Below are positions 57,822 through 64,000 of a stretch of DNA of 64,000 bases, piece after piece. The position numbers and the translations under genes were made by a program. Numbering within the stretch: the stretch's first letter is position 1; each line of letters begins with the position of its first letter. The stretch is from the human T2T-CHM13v2.0 reference genome, Homo sapiens. Under the pieces are notes generated by a model, which was given only the letters and a program-made list of their open reading frames with translations, searched no databases and was not told where the DNA came from. Location of the stretch: assembly GCF_009914755.1 (NCBI RefSeq), contig NC_060925.1. One strand, written 5' to 3'.

Positions 57822-58930
57822 AGAGGGTGAGTTGATTTTGATTCTGAAACTATTCTGAAATCACTGAAGGTAAGCAATAGACCAAATATTTTACATAGTA
57901 CAAGAAAGAAATGTAAGGTTCTTCTGTTTTGCAATTAACACAGATTTTCAAAAAAATGTTTTTTTTGCTATTTGTGTTTTCTCATAATCTTAACAATGAA
58001 CCCAAACCTATTGTTCTAAGTCTTTATTGTAAGGGAGCAGAATCCCACAGCTATTCCTGACATGGGAACAGCAGGACTGGGGCTACAGGAAGACAAGTGT
58101 CAAATTATAAAGAATTGGGACTACACAGGCCTAAATTTGTTTCTTAGGGGTTGGAGGGAAGGTGGCATGGGAAGTGAGGGGTAACCTAAAAGGGGGAGCA
58201 ATCCTATATTTGTGTCTTTGTTTTCTGCTTCTGAGCAGCAACACTACACATGCAGTATGGATCAGCACTCCCTTTCTATCTTCTCTCTCAAAGCACAGGA
58301 ACAATTTGCTACTGTCCTACAGCTTGCAATTACTGAATCTAAACCCACATATACTGATATCAAGAAGGAGTAGCAGTTACAAGTTGAAAGCATTAAAGAG
58401 CTGAGAACATTGAAGAGCTGGTGTTATCTTGAGAAATCCCTTTGAGTTTGAGTGGTTGATAGACGTGCGTGTTACGTGAACTGTCTTGGAGAAGGGGATT
58501 TGCTTGTGCTTTGTTGTGTGGCCAGAGTTATTCCTAGGGCTTCTCATTGTGTAATGCTGGCTTGAAGCCTTTGCTTGACCAGGGCCAGCTCCTAGCTCCT
58601 CCTGCCAGGCTGCTATTGTTAGTGCTGTCTCCCAGCATTCTGAGACAGCTTTGTCCCAGAAGTGCTTCATTGCACTCTTAAGTTATTACTTTTTCTTAGG
58701 ACAATCTTGCTCAGGCTATTTCAGTTTCCTTGACAATCTCTTGTGAGAACTGTTCTATTGGGGGATGAGATTCTTCATCTTCTGCCTGGAATTCTAATAA
58801 AACAAAAGTTGTTGAAGAACAGCAAGGGAAGTCTTGCTCCCCAGCATCAGGCACAAACCTTCAGGTATGTCATTAGTTCTGTGAGTGGGAATATTTGTTG
58901 TTCATGGAGATTCAACTCAAGTAGCATGGA

Positions 58931-59351
58931 TGTCTTGGTCTCTTTGGAGCTGCTATTACAGAATACCGCAGACTGAGTAATTTACAAAGAAAAGAAATGT
59001 ATTTGCCACCGTTCTGGAGGCTGGGAAGTCTCATATCAAGTGCTGGCATCTGGTGAGGGCCTTCTTGCAGTGTCATCTCATGGTGGAAGGCAAGAGGTTG
59101 AGAGAGTGAGAGAGGGGTAGCAAGAGGAAGGCAAACTCACTTTTTTTTAAATCTCAGTTTTTGTTTACGCTTCGCCACTGGCAAGCTCACTTTTATAACA
59201 AACCTGCTCTTAGGATAACAACATTAATCCATTCACGAGGACAGAGCTCTCATGGCCTAATCACTTCTTAAAGTTTCCACCTGTCAACATTGTTGCATGG
59301 GGACTAAGTTTCCAACACTTGAACTTTAGGGAACACATTCAAACCACAGCA
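58931..59351 (-). mobile_element. MaLR LTR (MSTB/MSTC-like) carrying an internal insertion
   Basis: TGTCTT..TTCTGGAGGCTGGGAAGTC..GGCATCTGGTGAGGGCCTTCTTGC..CACATTCAAACCACAGCA. Confidence 0.88.
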
Positions 59352-59789
59352 GTAGATGTGCCTGGCTCAAGTGGCTTCTCTTGCCTGTGAAGGAGGGGGC
59401 TTCCTTGGAGTTCTTCTGGAGTCCCTCTGAGTTAGGCACCTCAGAAAGGCTTCAGGTATTCAGATCCCTACCTGAGACTTCTAACTGTCTCAATGTTCAG
59501 TCAGGGGCAAGGCAGCTACTTGAAGAGCTCATTCAGGGGCAGAGATGCTCCTTTCTTATGGCTACACCATTGAGCTGTCCACCTTCTCTTCCCCTCCTGG
59601 ACAGCTTGTATTTCTCCCCTTCAACCAGATTTCCTTGCTTTCATTAGGAGATCTGCTTTCATATAGGATACAACATTTAACTGGGCATTTGAAGCATTTT
59701 TACAAGCTGATACTGATTCTCATTTATCTGCAGGTAAAGTTACCCATCTTCTCCTTCAAGTTATATTCAGGTTCCCCCAAAGAGACCAC

Positions 59790-60020
59790 TTGAAGTAATG
59801 AATAGCTTTGGAATTATGCAGTCCCAGATTTGATTCCCAACTCTGCTTCTTACAAGCTTTGTGAACTTGGGTCTTAATCAGTTTCCCCAAGCCTCAGTTT
59901 TAGCATCTCAAAAATGAGGATAATGTCTTCTATCACACAGGATTGCTTTGAAGATTACATAAAATAAAGGTTTGAAATCACTTGACATATCTTAGGCACT
60001 CAAGAAATGTGAGTTCCGTT
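59790..60020 (+). mobile_element. MIR
   Basis: AAGCCTCAGTTTTAGCATCTCAAAAATGAGGATAAT..TAGGCACTCAAGAAATG. Confidence 0.75.
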
Positions 60021-61035
60021 CTCTTCATGTTTGGAATGATTACAATTTGTCCCCCTTAGGAATGACTCCACCATCTGTTTTCTGTATGTGTCATGCTAGG
60101 GGAGACGGTGCTGAATTACATACTGAAAAATTCAGCAGTGTTGTCCAGTAAAAAACCAATAAGACCTGTTAATTAACTAGATTTTTTTCAGCCCCATGCT
60201 TTTGTAGAACAAGACCAATGAAAGTGATCAGGAAATGATTGTCATATCAGCTGAAATAAAAAGGGGATTTTAAGGCGCGCACTGAGAGCTTGTGTTCAGA
60301 ATGACCTCAGTTATATGCATAGTATTGCACTGGGGTCACCAGTGAATGTTTTGAGTATTGACTCTGAACACACTTAGATTCCTAATTACCAAATAAACAC
60401 CACATTCATTATTCACTCTCATATTTGATTGGCCTAGATGATTCTGACGGTCAGAGGATTCCAAATTCTTGAACTTCCAGTTAACCAAGGTTTCCTTAAA
60501 TAAATGTCCAATTAGCACTAGTAACCACTGCTTCACTTAGAGATGAAGATTGGTTGCCAGAGTTGGATACTGACTCTCATATAACTAATTTCAAGGCCAC
60601 AATAAAAAAAATCCAGAAGCTTCTAGTCAGCAAGTAACAGCTAATTACACTCAAGATCCCATTAGAAATTTTAGCTTCATTTAAATATCTTTCTGATTTA
60701 AATATAAGTGTTAGTAATTTGGTTATAATTTTTAGTAATTTAGTGTTAAAGTATAAGAAACAGTAATATAATAGACGACAAGGCAAAACTATGTCTGCAT
60801 GGCATGATCACTGATGCATTGCTATACTATTTCCAATTCAGTGGAGAGTCAATTTATTCAAAAATTAAAATACTAAGTCTAATATTTTCTGAGATGGCAG
60901 GATTTCATCAGGGTGTATCTATAATGATTTTCAATGGATTGGCAAATTTATCAATAAGAGACCAAAGTTCTGCCTCAAAATTTAGCATATTTAGCAGCAA
61001 TTAGACTTGTATATGAAGTATCAGTAGAAAACATG

Positions 61036-61383
61036 AGCTATGATTTGAATGTGTCCCCCAAAATTTATGCATTGGCAGCTTAATTCCCAGTGTGACGGTG
61101 TTGGGAGGTGGGGCCTAATGGGAGGTGTTTAGGTCATGAAGGCAGAGCACTCATAAATATGTTAATACTGTTATATAAAGGGCTCATGGGAGTGGGTTTG
61201 CCCTTTTTCACTCTTACCTTTCTGCCTTCCATCAGGTCATGAAGGAGCAAGAAGGCCTTTATAAGATGACAGCATCTTGTTCTCAGACTTCCCAGTCTCT
61301 AGAACTGTGAGCCAGTAAATTTCTGTTCATTATAAATTACTCAGTCTCAGGTATTTTATAGCAGCACAAAATGAATGAAGACA
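61036..61383 (+). mobile_element. MaLR LTR (MST/MLT1A-like)
   Basis: GCTATGATTTGAATGTGTCCCCCAAA..GGGAGGTGGGGCCTAATGGGAGGTGTTTAGGTCATGA..AGAACTGTGAG..AAGACA. Confidence 0.85.
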
Positions 61384-62452
61384 ACATTCATTACTAAGCC
61401 ACTGTGGTTCTTTTCTTAGGTTGATTCTGGAAGATGATACTTAATTCTCTATCCTGCCACTTTACAGTTCATTCTTAATTGTACATAGCCAAGCACCGTA
61501 ATACTAACTTTAGCAGATAAAATATACAACTGACATCAAACTATAGTTTGTTTGGTTGTCACTTACAGAGTTTTCTTTGTACTTTGCAGAGTGCCTTGTG
61601 TTAGATGCAGAAACAAAGAAAGCTGGCTTCAGTATTAGAGAACCAGGACTGGTAATAAGGGATACTATCTATTAGCATAGGAGTCAGAAATAGATTAGAA
61701 ACTCGAGAAAGAGTGATTTCCTGTTTCAACACCTTTTATTTCTCACCCCCACCCTTTGGTTCAGATAATAATGTCTATACATCAGGCCAAGGAAAGAAGA
61801 ACAAGAAGGAGAAAATAATCAGGATGGTACATCCACTGAACAATCAATGTCTAAATAGTGGAGAATTCACTAACAATTATATACATTTTGGCACTGCTAG
61901 CCAAATTTTGCCAAGGATATTCTACTAGCCTTTCACGTAAAAATACCTTTGCCACCAACCCTTGAAACCTATGAAAGTCATTTGGGCCTAGGTATCTTGA
62001 AAATAACTGGAGATGAGAACATGACTGTACAAGGATGCCTGAATTAATGCAGTCTGAAAACAATCTTGTGACTTGTTTATACATTTGTGCTGAGAAGGCC
62101 TGGATCTGGATGTTCTAGGGTTACTGCTCTTGTATTCAAGTAGACTACAGTGAATAAGTTTCATCAGATCTTTCAGATCTCTAGCTGTTTTTGGCTCTTA
62201 ACTATCCAGCTAGAATCTTATTACTAGGGTTTCATTATCCTAATTCAGGCAGACAATGAGTAACCAGAAGGAGACTCTTACTGATGAAATCAAACCTGAA
62301 AAGCTGCCATCTTGAAAGCTAGCAAATTAAATGTCGGTTGATCAACAGAAAGCAAAAAATGTCCATGTCACTGTAACTTTAATCAGAGCATCATAATGAT
62401 GTTACTTTGGAAGTGAGGTGTCCTTTTTGTGAAATTTTTAACAATGGGAAGT

Positions 62453-62678
62453 TTTATCAATGAGACCAAAGTTCTGCCTCAAAATTTAGCACATTTAGTA
62501 GCAAATAGACTTGTATATGAAGTATCAGTGGAAAATACCTGCTATGATTTGAATGTGTCCCCCAAAATTTATAAATTGGCAGCTTAATTCCTAGTGTGAC
62601 AGTGTTGGGAGGTGGGGCCTAAAGGGAGGTGTTTAGGTCATGAAGGCAGAGTGCTCATGACCTAAACACCTCCCATTA
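62453..62678 (+). repeat. Dispersed duplicate of 60947-61154 with a terminal inverted repeat
   Basis: About 15 substitutions plus one 2-nt indel over ~206 bp by hand alignment; perfect 20-bp inverted repeat at 62624-62643 / 62655-62674. Confidence 0.95.
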
Positions 62679-63489
62679 TCTGAGTTTAAGCAACTCAAAT
62701 AAACTGAAAAGAACTTAGACATGAGTGATGAAAATGATGAAGGAGGTGGAAAAACTGATTTATGAGGGAAGATGAAAAGATTTTTAACATGGATAGCTTG
62801 GCTAAGTGGAGAACATAGATCCTTTGATTAATAACTATGCATTCTTGAAGTGCATAAGCACTAAGAAAAAATCAGTAAGATTTTGGGTGTGGAAACATGA
62901 ATAATGGAATCAATTAGCTACAGGAAAATAGGCTGAATATAAAATATAAAACATTTATTTCTGGATTTTTCAGATGTGCCTCCTGAGGCGCTTTCAATGT
63001 TAAATATTTTCTAGTAAAATGGATAGGCTCTTAATATTTTTAAGCTTAAATAAAAAAGCAAAAGAAGTAAAAGCTCTGAAGGGTTTTTAAAGGATACATT
63101 TTGTTTGCAGGGGCAAGTGATTGGATTTTGTGTCCTAAACCTAGTATAATTGGGTGTAAAGCCACAGAAGGGATTCTAGTTTCTCTCTGGAAAGTTTATC
63201 TTGGGGATCTGGGGGAGACTGAGAAAAACGACTGCTAGAGCTTTGCCACTAGTGGTTCAGGCCTGAATGCACTTTGTCACCTTTTATGAGCCATCTGGTT
63301 TCATTCAGAAGTCGGGAAAGTCTAGAATTCAGAAATATTAATGAAATATATTGGCATGATCATACTAGGATGTGACTGCCAAGACAGAGGCTGCAAATGA
63401 CCTGAGATAGGGCAGGAGGGAATTCAGAGATTCCAGGCAGGGTGGCACAGTGACTTAACAGATGTACTTGGATGTCAGTCAACCCCACA

Positions 63490-63690
63490 AACCCAACACA
63501 CCTTGAAATTCAGGGTGCACATAACTGTTTCATTTCAGGCAAGTGCCTAAACTTTCCAAGCCTCAGTTTCTTCTTCTGTAAAGCGGGGCAGCTCTAGGGT
63601 TGTTGTGAGGATTATATTCAAGATTGTATGTAGTGAGCTCAGTGCAGCACCTGATTCATAGTTCAGTAAGTCTTGGTAATTGTTGTTATG
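63490..63690 (+). mobile_element. MIR
   Basis: GGCAAGTGCCTAAAC..AAGCCTCAGTTTCTTCTTCTGTAAAG..GGGTTGTTGTGAGGATT. Confidence 0.78.
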
Positions 63691-64000
63691 AGCCCTGCAC
63701 TCTATGTCCTCCTCACTTTGGCCACACATCTTCTATAGGTGAGTGTCAGTCATGGGCCACTGGGGAGGTTGATCCGGGAGAGAAGAGATTCTCATCAGTC
63801 TACGAGAAAGCATGGGCTATTTTACATTTCTATGTTACAGTAAATCCTCCATGGTTTAAACTAAAATCTGAATAACCTGACATGCCTCAATTAAAATATT
63901 CTAATAGGAATTTAGTTTTATAATATTTCATTATGTATAATTGATCTGTTCATTTTTCTTCTTTTCCTGACTCTTAATTTTCTAGCTTTATTTGTATTCC

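Overview
This is 64 kb of AT-rich, CpG-depleted primate DNA, most likely human or another hominoid given AluY and L1PA2/3-type insertions. It is non-coding and dominated by interspersed repeats: about 12 Alu loci, 5 L1 fragments, many L2/MIR relics, ERV1/ERVL/MaLR solo LTRs and one MADE1. I recognise no host protein-coding gene, tRNA, rRNA or CRISPR array. The only genuine protein-derived ORFs are two pieces of L1 ORF2 inside a 5'-inverted (twin-primed) L1PA insertion at 21.5-23.5 kb; the rest of the ORF track is Alu, L1, microsatellite or chance noise. I cannot support a new multi-gene biological system. The most notable observations are: (1) a ~205-bp duplication across an LTR junction that ends in a perfect 20-bp fold-back (62.45-62.68 kb); (2) a 35-bp orphan retro-insertion with a 15-bp target-site duplication (TSD) inside an MST LTR (59.1 kb); (3) candidate minus-strand exons at 52.1 kb and 28.1 kb; (4) a ~190-bp CpG-rich alternating purine-pyrimidine (Z-DNA-type) tract at 9.2 kb; (5) a 14-bp duplication creating tandem E-boxes next to an AP-1 site (25.5 kb); (6) four alternately oriented Alus in 3.8 kb; (7) an old ~2.9-kb-spaced duplication with an identical 19-bp core. 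Repeat subfamily names come from recalled consensus sequences and need RepeatMasker/Dfam confirmation.
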